Below are positions 18,961-27,374 of a stretch of 64,000 nt of DNA, piece after piece (within the stretch, counting starts at the first letter, position 1; each line of letters opens with the position of its first letter). Both the position numbers and the translations under genes were made by a program. The stretch spans positions 445,993 through 509,992 of the forward strand of contig CAVVJD010000014.1 in assembly GCA_963748455.1 (NCBI GenBank), written 5' to 3'. The notes beneath the pieces are model-generated. The model searched no databases. It saw only the letters and a list, made by a program, of their open reading frames with translations, and was not told the DNA's origin. This stretch comes from an uncultured Alphaproteobacteria bacterium. Lineage in GTDB: Bacteria > Pseudomonadota > Alphaproteobacteria > CACIAM-22H2.

Positions 18961-19737
18961 ATGACCACGATCTCGGCTTTCGATCCAAAGGAACTCGAAT
19001 CCAAGGTGAAAGCGATGTACCGCAGCGTCGCCGAGGACCCGCACGGAGAGTTCCACTTCGAGATGGGCCGCGCGATGGCAGAACGTCTCGGCTACGTACC
19101 AGCAGACCTCGACCGCATACCCGCCGAGGCGATCGAGTCATTTGCCGGCGTCGGCTACTACTTTCATCTCGCCGATCTCAAGCCGGGCGAAATGGTCGTC
19201 GATCTCGGTAGCGGATCGGGGATGGACACGTTCATTGCCGCGCTGAAAGTGGGCTCCCGCGGAAAAGTCACCGGCGTCGATATGACGGACGAGCAGCGAG
19301 CAAAGGCAGAGCGGCTGCGGGACCGGGACGGCTTCCTCAATGTGACTTACGTCAAGGGCTATATCGAGGAAGCTCCCCTGCCGGACGGCCTCGCCGACGT
19401 TGTGATCAGCAACGGCGTCATCAATCTCGCCACGGACAAATCGAAAGTGTTCCGCGAAGCCGGGCGGCTGCTGAAATCAGGCGGCCGGTTCGCGATCTCC
19501 GATATCGTGACGGAGGTGCAGCTGCCCGAAAGCATCGTGTGCAATTCAACCCTCTGGGCCGCCTGCATCGGAGGCGCCGCGCAGCAGGACAATTATCGCC
19601 AGATGATCGAGGCGGCCGGACTACGTCTGGTCAAGGTGGAAGACAATCCGCAATATCAGTTCATCTCCGACAACGCCAAGGGCGCGAGCAAAAAGTTCGG
19701 CGTGAAGAGCATCTCGTTGCTGGCCGTCAAACCTTAA
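18961..19737 (+). CDS. ArsM/UbiE-like class I SAM-dependent methyltransferase; ArsM homolog lacking the As(III)-binding cysteines.
   Basis: Strong resemblance to arsenite methyltransferase cores (GEMVVDLGSGSGMD...VDMTDEQ...VISNGVINL...GGRFAISDIV). The ArsM cysteines are replaced (NGVINL instead of NCVINL) and there is no N-terminal CC pair. Confidence 0.7.
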   Translation: MTTISAFDPKELESKVKAMYRSVAEDPHGEFHFEMGRAMAERLGYVPADLDRIPAEAIESFAGVGYYFHLADLKPGEMVVDLGSGSGMDTFIAALKVGSRGKVTGVDMTDEQRAKAERLRDRDGFLNVTYVKGYIEEAPLPDGLADVVISNGVINLATDKSKVFREAGRLLKSGGRFAISDIVTEVQLPESIVCNSTLWAACIGGAAQQDNYRQMIEAAGLRLVKVEDNPQYQFISDNAKGASKKFGVKSISLLAVKP

Positions 19738-19752
19738 AGGATCGAAGGAAAA

Positions 19753-20439
19753 ATGCGCCAGGCGGAGACGACAGACGTCAACTTGATGCGGTTGTCGTCG
19801 GATCGAGGCCGAATGACCCTACCCGGCTTTTTCGAAGGGACTGGCATGCCCGATCCCGGTTGGTGGGAGGCACTTTTTCCCGATCCGGCCCGGGTGATCC
19901 GCGACGTCGGGGTCGCGCCGGGCATGAGGGTTGTGGACCTATGTTCCGGTGACGGCTGGTTCACGTTGCAATTGTCAAAGATTGCGCGAGCGGTAACCGC
20001 CATCGACATAGACGGCAAGATGCTTGAGAGGGCACGCGTCCGGCTGACCGAAATCGGCCTTACCAACTGCGTCTTCGTTGAGGCCAATGCTTACGACGTT
20101 GCCAAGGTCGTGCACGATCGTGTTGACCATGTGTTTCTGGCAAACGCATTCCACGGGGTGCCAGACAAGTCGCGGCTTGCACACGCCGTCCACGACGTTC
20201 TGAAGCCTGGCGGGACGTTTGCCGTCGTGAATTGGCACGCCCGGCCACGCGAGGAAACGACAATTCTAGGCGAACCCAGGGGGCCAGCGACGGAAATGCG
20301 GATGCGACCTGAAGAAACGATCGCAGCTATGCAGTCGAGCGGGCTTACATTTATGAGGCAAATCGAGGTCCCACCCTATCACTACGCGGTGGTGTTCAGG
20401 CGCAGGCATCCTTGCTTGAGAAGTATGGGAATCTTGTGA
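19753..20439 (+). CDS. Class I SAM-dependent methyltransferase.
   Basis: Motif I VVDLCSGDGWF and post-I acidic residue AIDID. Sits 15 nt after the previous methyltransferase gene, so likely co-transcribed. Confidence 0.75.
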   Translation: MRQAETTDVNLMRLSSDRGRMTLPGFFEGTGMPDPGWWEALFPDPARVIRDVGVAPGMRVVDLCSGDGWFTLQLSKIARAVTAIDIDGKMLERARVRLTEIGLTNCVFVEANAYDVAKVVHDRVDHVFLANAFHGVPDKSRLAHAVHDVLKPGGTFAVVNWHARPREETTILGEPRGPATEMRMRPEETIAAMQSSGLTFMRQIEVPPYHYAVVFRRRHPCLRSMGIL

Positions 20440-20460
20440 GCGAAAAATTCTGACGAGGGC

Positions 20461-20961
20461 TCAGCGCCTTGTCGAAGATGACGCGGCGCGAGCAACAAGG
20501 AAAGCCGGAATCAGCAGCGGCGCCAGGCGCTCGATCGGCGCCACATGCTCCTCGCGATAGTGGAATTCCGGGGCGAGCAGGTTCGCGGTGCCGATGACCT
20601 GGCCGTCATAGACCACCGGCACGTTGATGACCGAGCCCAGGCCCATGCTCTCGATCAGCGCGTGGTCGAAGAAGGCCCAGCGGATCGCCGCCTTGTCGCG
20701 GCCGAGGAAGGATTTCTGGCCTTTCATCACATGCTCGCCCCAGGGCGTGGGGCCCATCGGCTTGCGGCCGAAGACCGGATATTCCGCCGGGCGGTTGGAA
20801 TAGATGCGCGCCACTTCCTGGCCGTCGACATAGAGGAGCGTGAAAAGCTCGTGCCCAACGAGCCGCTTGGCCGTGGCGTCGAGGGCGCGGAAGAACGTCT
20901 CGGGCTGACCGGGCTCAGCCAACAGGCGCGACAAGGCGGCAAAGTCTTCAGGCATGGACAC
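20461..20961 (-). CDS. GAF-domain protein.
   Basis: About 165 aa single GAF-like domain. Its last about 29 codons are duplicated (diverged) at 15888..15975. Confidence 0.75.
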   Translation of the reverse strand: MSMPEDFAALSRLLAEPGQPETFFRALDATAKRLVGHELFTLLYVDGQEVARIYSNRPAEYPVFGRKPMGPTPWGEHVMKGQKSFLGRDKAAIRWAFFDHALIESMGLGSVINVPVVYDGQVIGTANLLAPEFHYREEHVAPIERLAPLLIPAFLVARAASSSTRR

Positions 20962-20968
20962 TCTCTTG

Positions 20969-21884
20969 TCAGGAATTGGAGGAAGCGGGCGTCGGTGCTT
21001 TGGGGATGCGCTCCGGCAGGAGACCTTGCGGGCGCAGATGCAGCACCAGGATGAGCGCCAGGCCGATCAGGATCTCGCGCAAGGCGGCGAGTTGCACGGG
21101 CTGGAGGCCGGGCAGCCACTCCGTAGCGAAACGCGTTGCCTCGAGGAAGATCACGACGATGTAAGCCCCGAACACGGCGCCGCTCGGGCGCCCGACGCCG
21201 CCGGCGGTGACCGCGAGGAAGATATAGATCGTGATCAGCGGCTGGAAATGATCGGGTGAGACATAGGACTGGAAATGCGCGTAGAGCGCGCCGGCCAGCG
21301 CCGCAATCGCCGCCGACAGCGCGAAAGCCTGCCATTTGAAGCGCAGCACCGGCTTGCCGGCGAAGGCGGCGAGCTGCTGATCCTCGCGGATCGCCTTCAT
21401 CGCGCGGCCATAGGGGGATCGGTCGAGCCGGCGCAGCAGCAGCCAGACCAGCACGACGATCGCCGTCACCAGAGCGAGATAGAACAGATTGAAGCCCTGC
21501 AGGCCGATCTGCGGCCTTGAAGGGCGCCTTGATGCCGGAGATGCCGTCCGAGCCCTTGGTCAGCCAGCGCTCGTTGAGCGCGATCAGGCGGATCACCTCG
21601 GCAAAGCCGAGGGTCACGATGGCCAGATAATCGTCGCGCAGGCGCAGCGTCGCGAAGGTGACGCAGAGCCCGACGACGGCGCCGACGACGAGGGCCGCGC
21701 CCCAGCCGAGCAGAACCGGCGCGCCCGCACCAGTCGCGATCGCGGAGGCATAGGCGCCGACGGCGAAGAAGCCAGCGAGGCCAAGATTGACCAAGCCCAC
21801 ACCACCCCAAATCAAATTGAGGCTGAGCGCCAGCAGCGCGTAGATGCCGCAGATCGTCAGGGTGAAAATCGCGTAGGACAGCAT
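20969..21884 (-). pseudogene. livM: Branched-chain amino acid ABC permease LivM-like, frameshift near 21500.
   Basis: N-terminal part (MLSYAIFTLTICGIYALLALSLNLIWGGVG...) and C-terminal part (TAIVVLVWLLLRRL...LHLRPQGLLPERIP) are in different frames. The junction reads IKAPFKA|PQIGLQGFNLFYLA after a 1-nt correction. Confidence 0.7.
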
Positions 21885-22747
21885 CAGGCCGCCCGCTCGC
21901 CGAGGATGCCGCGCGGGCGGAAGGTCAGCATGATCAGGATAGCGACGAAGCCGACCGCGGTTCGATAGGTGGCGGGCACGGCGATCAGCGCCAGCTCTTC
22001 CGCCACGCCCAGCGCGAGTGCCCCGACCACAGCGCCGGGGATCGAGCCTAGGCCGCCGAGCACGGCCGCCGCGAAGACCGACAGCAGCACGCGATAGCCG
22101 GTCAGCGGATCGATCGAGGTGTCGAGGCCGATCAGCACGCCGCCGATGCCGGCGAGGCCGGCGCCGAGAAAGACGGTGACGATGGCGATGCGGGCCGGAT
22201 CGATGCCCTTCAGCCGCGCCAAATCGGGATTGTCGGCGACGGCGCGCATCGCCTTGCCGAAGCGGGTGTAGAACAGGAAACGCGAACATCGCGGCCATGA
22301 TCGCGACCGCGAGGCCGAGACTCTGCAATTGCTGCGGCCCGATGCGCAGCTCGCCGAAGCGCAGATCGCGCAGCAGCGGCAAATCGTAACCCTTCATGTC
22401 GTTGCCGAAGACAAAGCGCACGATGTTCTCCAGCACGAGGTTGAGCGCGATCGAGGCGATGGCGACGATCAAGGCCCCGCTCCCGCGCAGCCGGCGCAAC
22501 GCCGTCTCCTCCGCGCCCACGCCGACGAACCCGGCGATTGCAAACGCGACCAGCAAGGCCGGAACGACGGCCAGGCCCAGGCTCGTATTGGCCCACCAGG
22601 CGGCGAAGGCGCCGATGGTGGCGTAGGACGCGATGGCGAAGTTGGGATAGCGCAGCACCGCGAAAATCGCGGTGAAGCCGATGGCCGGGACAGCGATCAG
22701 CGTCCCGGCCATCACGCCGTTGATCAGCGCCTGCAGCAGCAAAGTCA
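21884..22747 (-). pseudogene. livH: Branched-chain amino acid ABC permease LivH-like, frameshift near 22265.
   Basis: N-terminal part (VTLLLQALINGVMAGTLIAVPAIGFTAIFAVL...) and C-terminal part (FGKAMRAVADNPDLARLKGIDP...TFRPRGILGERAA) are in different frames. Stop overlaps the livM ATG. Confidence 0.7.
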
Positions 22748-22767
22748 CGTGCGAGCGATCCCCTTGC

Positions 22768-23980
22768 TCAGGCGATCTTGACGAACGCGATCTTGCCCCC
22801 TTGCACCTGCTCGTAGCGGAACTTGCAATCGCTGATGTCGCCGATGTCGGTGAAATCGCAGGGGCCGCTGGCGCCGTCGTAATCGACCGCCTGCTTGGCG
22901 GCGATCGCCTTGAGCCCGTCGACGGCATTGTCGATCTTGGCGCCGCCCGGCGCCTGGCTCACCTTACGGATATTGTCCTTGATGGCGCTGCCCGAGGCAT
23001 CCCCGGCCACGGCGATCGCCATCAGCACGAGATTGATGTGGTCGTAGATCTGCGTGGTGTAGGGATCGGGCGAGGCCACGCCGATCATCTTGACCAGCCG
23101 GTCATAGGCCTTCGAGCCTTCCGCCGGCGAGGGCGAGATCGTGAAGGTCTTGTCGACGACCTCGGCCGGCACGCTTTCGACCAGCTTCTGGTTGACGGAA
23201 TAGCCGAAGGCGATCTTCGTGCCCGGCGAAGCCGGCGCGGAACAGGTCTTTCAGCATCACGGCCGTGTCCGTGGTGTAGCCGCCGAGCACGACCGTATCG
23301 GGCTTGAAGCGCAGCAGCTCGTCGATCTCGGTGCGGTAGGCCGGCTTCTTGTCGTCGTAGATCAACGACGCGGTCTCGCCGCCGCCCTTCTTCATCGCCT
23401 CGGTGATGTTGTCGAACTGGCTCTTGGCGAACGGTGTTTGCGGCGAGAGGAAGAAGACGCGCTTGGCGCCCTGGGCCAGCGCGAACTCGCCGAATTTGCG
23501 GCCCTGCAGCGTGGTGTTGGGCTGCGTGCGGACGAGATAGCCCTGATGCGGCAGCAAGGTGATCGAATCAGCGCCCGAGACGGTGCAGAGGAAGGTCTTC
23601 GATTCCCAGCACAGCGGTGCGACCGCTGTCGTCACCGACGAGGCCCAGGTGCCGAGAATGGCCGAGACCTTGTCGACGTCGATGAGCTTGCGCGCGGCGC
23701 GCACGCCCGCTTCCGGATTGGTCTGGTCATCCTCGGAGATCAGCTCGACCTTGCGGCCGAGCACGCCGCCGGCCGCGTTGACCTCGTCCACCACGGCCTT
23801 GACCGCCTTCACCATGACCGGGCCATAGGGGCCACCCGAGCCGGTAAGCGGCGTCAGCGTGCCGATTTTGATCGGAGCACCTTGCGCGAGACCGCGCATC
23901 GGCATTGTGGAAACTCCGGCAAGGGCCGCGGCCCCGCCCAGCAGGAGGCGGCGATTGAGTGTCAGGTCGGTCATGGTCAT
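22768..23980 (-). pseudogene. LIV-type ABC transporter substrate-binding protein, frameshift near 23215.
   Basis: Signal peptide plus GAPIKIGTLTPLTGSGGPYG... in one frame; ...KIAFGYSVNQKLVESVPAEVVDKTFTISPSP...FRYEQVQGGKIAFVKIA in another. Removing one G from gccgggcacgaag restores AGTKIAFGY. Confidence 0.7.
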
Positions 23981-24016
23981 CCCCTCTTCGTTGCGTTTTG
24001 CTTGGTCAAGTCGTTG

Positions 24017-24730
24017 TTAGCCGCCCAGGAAGAGCCGGCGGATTTCAGGATCGGCAGCAAGATCGGGGCCAGGCCCCTCGCGGCTGTTGCGGCCGGATAC
24101 GAGTACATAGCCGCGCGCCGAGATTGCGAGTGCCTCGACCGCGTGCTGCTCGACCATCAGGATCGGCAGGCCGCCACGATTGAGGGCCACGATGGCTTCG
24201 AACAGCTCGTCCGCCGCCTTGGGCGAGAGTCCCGCCGTCGGCTCGTCGAGCAGCAGCAAGGCGGGCGCGTTCATCAGCCCCATCGCCATGGCCAGGATCT
24301 GGCGCTGCCCGCCCGACAGCGTGCGCGCGAAGGCGCGGCGCTTCTCGGCCAGCATCGGATAGCGGGCGTAGAGTTCTTCGCTGCGGGCGCGGGCGTTCTT
24401 GGGATCCTGGAAGCCGCTGATCTCGAGGTTCTCGGCGACCATCATCGCACCGAAGACATTGCGCTCCTGCGGCACGAAGCCGATGCCATGGCGCGCGCGG
24501 CCGAGCGCGTCGGCCGCCGTCACATCCGTGCCGTTCAGAACGATGCGGCCCTTCTTGGCGGCGATGAGCCCGGCGATCGCCTTGAGCAGCGTCGACTTGC
24601 CCGCACCATTGGGACCGATGATCGAGACGATCTCGCCCGGCTCGACCCGGATCGACGTGCCCTTGAGGATTTCCTCGGCCGCGCCATAGCCCGCGACGAT
24701 CCCCTCGACGGCCAGCACACCGGCGCTCAA
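24017..24730 (-). CDS. livF: Branched-chain amino acid ABC transporter ATP-binding protein LivF-like.
   Basis: Walker A GPNGAGKST, signature LSGGQRQ, Walker B LLLLDEP. TTG start overlaps the livG stop as TTGA, with GGAGG upstream. Confidence 0.85.
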   Translation of the reverse strand: MSAGVLAVEGIVAGYGAAEEILKGTSIRVEPGEIVSIIGPNGAGKSTLLKAIAGLIAAKKGRIVLNGTDVTAADALGRARHGIGFVPQERNVFGAMMVAENLEISGFQDPKNARARSEELYARYPMLAEKRRAFARTLSGGQRQILAMAMGLMNAPALLLLDEPTAGLSPKAADELFEAIVALNRGGLPILMVEQHAVEALAISARGYVLVSGRNSREGPGPDLAADPEIRRLFLGG

Positions 24731-25491
24731 TGGCGCCTCCCGAGATAGGCTTCCTGCACGCGGGCGTCGGCCGCGACCGTTTCGAACGAGCCCTGCGTCA
24801 GCGTTCGTCCTCCGACCATAACGATGACGGGGTCGCAGAGCCGCCGGATCAGCGCCATGTCGTGCTCGATCAGGCAGATGGTGATGCCGTCGCGGTTGAG
24901 GGCGGTGAGGTGTGCTGCGATTTCGTCGGCCAGGCTCGGATTGACGCCGGCCATCGGCTCGTCGAGCAACAAGATCTTCGGCTCCGCCATCAGGGCGCGG
25001 CCGATCTCGACGAGCTTCTTCTGGCCGCCGGAGAGTGCGGTGACCGGGTTGTCGAGGACGTGGTCGAGCCTGAGCCGGCGCGCGATCGCGTGGGCGCGCT
25101 CGGCCAGCTCCGCTTCGCGTCGGCGGCCGGCACGTGCACCCATAAGCGCTGCCAGCAGCCCCTCGCCCGGCTGCGCGCGGCCGTAGAGCATCAGGTGCTG
25201 GAAGACGCTGAGCTTGGGAAAGCCGCGCGCGAGTTGGAAGCTGCGCACCAATCCGCTCGCGACCAACTTTTCCGGCGGCAGGCCGGTCGTATCGGCCTCG
25301 CCCAGCCGGACGCTGCCGCCATCGGGCCGGAAAAGACCGGAGATCGCGTTGAACAGCGTCGATTTGCCAGCCCCGTTGGGCCCGATCAGCCCGGTCAGGC
25401 GGCCCGCACCGACCACGAGATCGACGCCGCGCAGGACCGGCACGCCATAGAAGCCGAGCGTGAGACCGCTCACCGTCAGGGCCGCACTCAT
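24727..25491 (-). CDS. livG: Branched-chain amino acid ABC transporter ATP-binding protein LivG-like.
   Basis: Walker A GPNGAGKST, LSGGQKK signature, ILLLDEP. ATG overlaps the TetR stop as ATGA. Confidence 0.85.
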   Translation of the reverse strand: MSAALTVSGLTLGFYGVPVLRGVDLVVGAGRLTGLIGPNGAGKSTLFNAISGLFRPDGGSVRLGEADTTGLPPEKLVASGLVRSFQLARGFPKLSVFQHLMLYGRAQPGEGLLAALMGARAGRRREAELAERAHAIARRLRLDHVLDNPVTALSGGQKKLVEIGRALMAEPKILLLDEPMAGVNPSLADEIAAHLTALNRDGITICLIEHDMALIRRLCDPVIVMVGGRTLTQGSFETVAADARVQEAYLGRRH

Positions 25492-26192
25492 CGACGCCGT
25501 CCCGAAGCCGCGCGGCGCTCGCGGTGCGGCGCCTGATCCTCGACATTGGGAAAATGCTGCCGAATTTGCGTCTTCCAGAACCGCAGAAGGGCGGCGAAGT
25601 ATGGCGGATCGTCGCGCAGGACGGTCTGGGCGATCATGCCGCGCACCAGGCACATGGTGGCGTTCATGACGATGCGGGTGTGGTCGGGATCGGCACCCGT
25701 GCGGCTGGCGAGCGCGGTCCAGACGGCGTCGAGGCCGGCATGGAACTCGCGCACCACGGCCACGAGATCGGCCCTGAAATCGGGGTTGTGCCGCGCTTCG
25801 GGCAGATACTCCATCGTGACGTAGAAGAGCCGGTCCGACATCATCGTCCAGATGTAGTCGACGATCTCCTCGCTGGAGCCGCCGCGCGCCATGAAATCCT
25901 CGGCGAAGCGGTGCAAGTCGCGGGTCGTGCGGCCGAGCAGATCGGCCACGGACGCGCTGATGATCGCTTCGCGGCCGGCGAAATGATGGGTCAACGCGCC
26001 GCGCGACACGCCGGCCAGGCGCGCGATCTCCGGCGTGGAGGTGCGAGCCAGCCCGCGATCGTGCAGCAGGTCGATGGTCGCGCGCATCAGCCGCGCGGAA
26101 GTCTCCGCGCTGCGCTCCTTCTGCGATCGCCGCCCAACCGAACTCGCCACGCCCTGCCCCCTCCGCGCGAGGTGGCAGGAACGCTGCGGCAC
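25488..26192 (-). CDS. TetR-family transcriptional regulator, first gene of the liv-like operon.
   Basis: N-terminal TetR HTH (RSAETSARLMRATIDLLHDRGLARTSTPEIARLAGVSRGALTHHF). Confidence 0.8.
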   Translation of the reverse strand: MPQRSCHLARRGQGVASSVGRRSQKERSAETSARLMRATIDLLHDRGLARTSTPEIARLAGVSRGALTHHFAGREAIISASVADLLGRTTRDLHRFAEDFMARGGSSEEIVDYIWTMMSDRLFYVTMEYLPEARHNPDFRADLVAVVREFHAGLDAVWTALASRTGADPDHTRIVMNATMCLVRGMIAQTVLRDDPPYFAALLRFWKTQIRQHFPNVEDQAPHRERRAASGRRR

Positions 26193-26305
26193 AACTTACA
26201 AACAGTCAAGTTTGTTTCTGCTGGATTGTGCGCAAAGGCGCACGTCAGACGACGCACGCCGACTTGTCGGGCAGTGCGCGAAGCCGCCGACCGGCTAAAT
26301 GATGG

Positions 26306-26798
26306 TCATTTCGCCGGCGCGTGGTGATGGCAGGTCACATTGGGGTTCATGTCCGCGAACGCCCCGCGCGGGTTCGGCCGCCAGGCCCACACGTGCAACT
26401 CGTAGAACGGGCCAAGGCCGTAGCGATTGGGGGCGCCGGTGAAGCTGAACAGCTGGCCTTCCAATGCGGCCGGTCCCTTGAACGTGATGTACTCGACCGC
26501 GATCAGCGTCATTTTGCCGTCGGGTTGCGGCTCGTACATGACCGCTTGCGGGCGCTTGATATCAGGGACCTCCTCCTTCAGATACTCCCCGTGGACGTAG
26601 TGGACGCCCATCGCGCCGCCATCGATGCCGCTCGCGCAGGGGATGGGTGCGTAGCCTTCCGCGACCGCGACCTTCACGTCCTCGAAGCGGCTATTCGCGG
26701 CACGCACACGGTCCACCAGCGGGTTGGAGACCGCTATCCGCGACCGTTGCGCAACCGGTCACGAGGAACGACAAGAGAGCCAGACTCCCGGCTCGCGA
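26306..26798 (-). pseudogene. Small lipoprotein of unknown function. The signal peptide and mature part are in different frames, with an apparent frameshift near 26745.
   Basis: ATG at 26798 with GGAGA RBS encodes MKVVSRAGSLALLSFLVTGCATVAD (lipobox LVTGC) and then stops. The 136-aa body (ORF 26306..26716) continues in the +1 frame. Confidence 0.5.
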
Positions 26799-26865
26799 TA
26801 CGACTTTCATTCTGTTCTCCGTTTCATGATCATGTGGCGGCTTGATGCCGTGGACGAGCCCGTCG

Positions 26866-27306
26866 TTATTCGGCTATGGCCTCGCCGGAGCCGCCAAACT
26901 CAGCCGGAAAATCTTTCAGCTTCGGCAGGCCATCGCGCATGCGCAGCACCGTCTCGGCGTAATTGATGTGAACGCCGGGCCTAAACGCGAGCGTCGGGAG
27001 CGTTGCCGCGAACACGTCCACGAGGCCGATCGGCGGGTGATTGGTCATCAGATGCCCGCCGCACTTGCCGCAATATTGACGCTGACTGAACTTTGTCCTC
27101 TGGAAGGTCGCGACGTGCTCGGCGCCCGCGGTGACCCGCACCGTGCCCGGCTTCCACAGGCTGAATGCGTTCACGGGGCCGCCGGACCAGGAACGGCAAG
27201 AGCTGCAATGGCAATAGCCCATCGCCTCCGGCGCGCCGGTGACCTCCACTTTGACGGCGCCGCAAAAGCAGCTTCCTTTGTGAGTCAAGGTCACCCTCCC
27301 CTTCAA
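26866..27306 (-). CDS. GFA-family (glutathione-dependent formaldehyde-activating / CENP-V-like) protein.
   Basis: Cys-rich zinc motif CFCGAV...CHCSSCR...CGKCGGHL characteristic of GFA domains. Confidence 0.85.
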   Translation of the reverse strand: MKGRVTLTHKGSCFCGAVKVEVTGAPEAMGYCHCSSCRSWSGGPVNAFSLWKPGTVRVTAGAEHVATFQRTKFSQRQYCGKCGGHLMTNHPPIGLVDVFAATLPTLAFRPGVHINYAETVLRMRDGLPKLKDFPAEFGGSGEAIAE

Positions 27307-27374
27307 ATGCGATGAACCACCCGAACCCGGCCACGCTAGGCGTGGCGGGTCGCGCGTGCATCGGGAGGTGCTCC

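Noticed and set aside
20727-22928. 733-aa ORF on the minus strand spanning the whole livH-livM region.
   Set aside because: Its translation is mostly low-complexity Arg/Ala/Pro-rich. It is the out-of-frame readthrough of the real LivH/LivM coding frames joined by the frameshifts, and only short stretches (the LivH and LivM N-termini) look protein-like.
23219-25546. Long plus-strand ORFs (23219..24748, 24730..25536) antisense to livF/livG and the substrate-binding gene.
   Set aside because: Antisense shadow ORFs with low-complexity composition. The minus-strand ABC genes have Walker/signature motifs.
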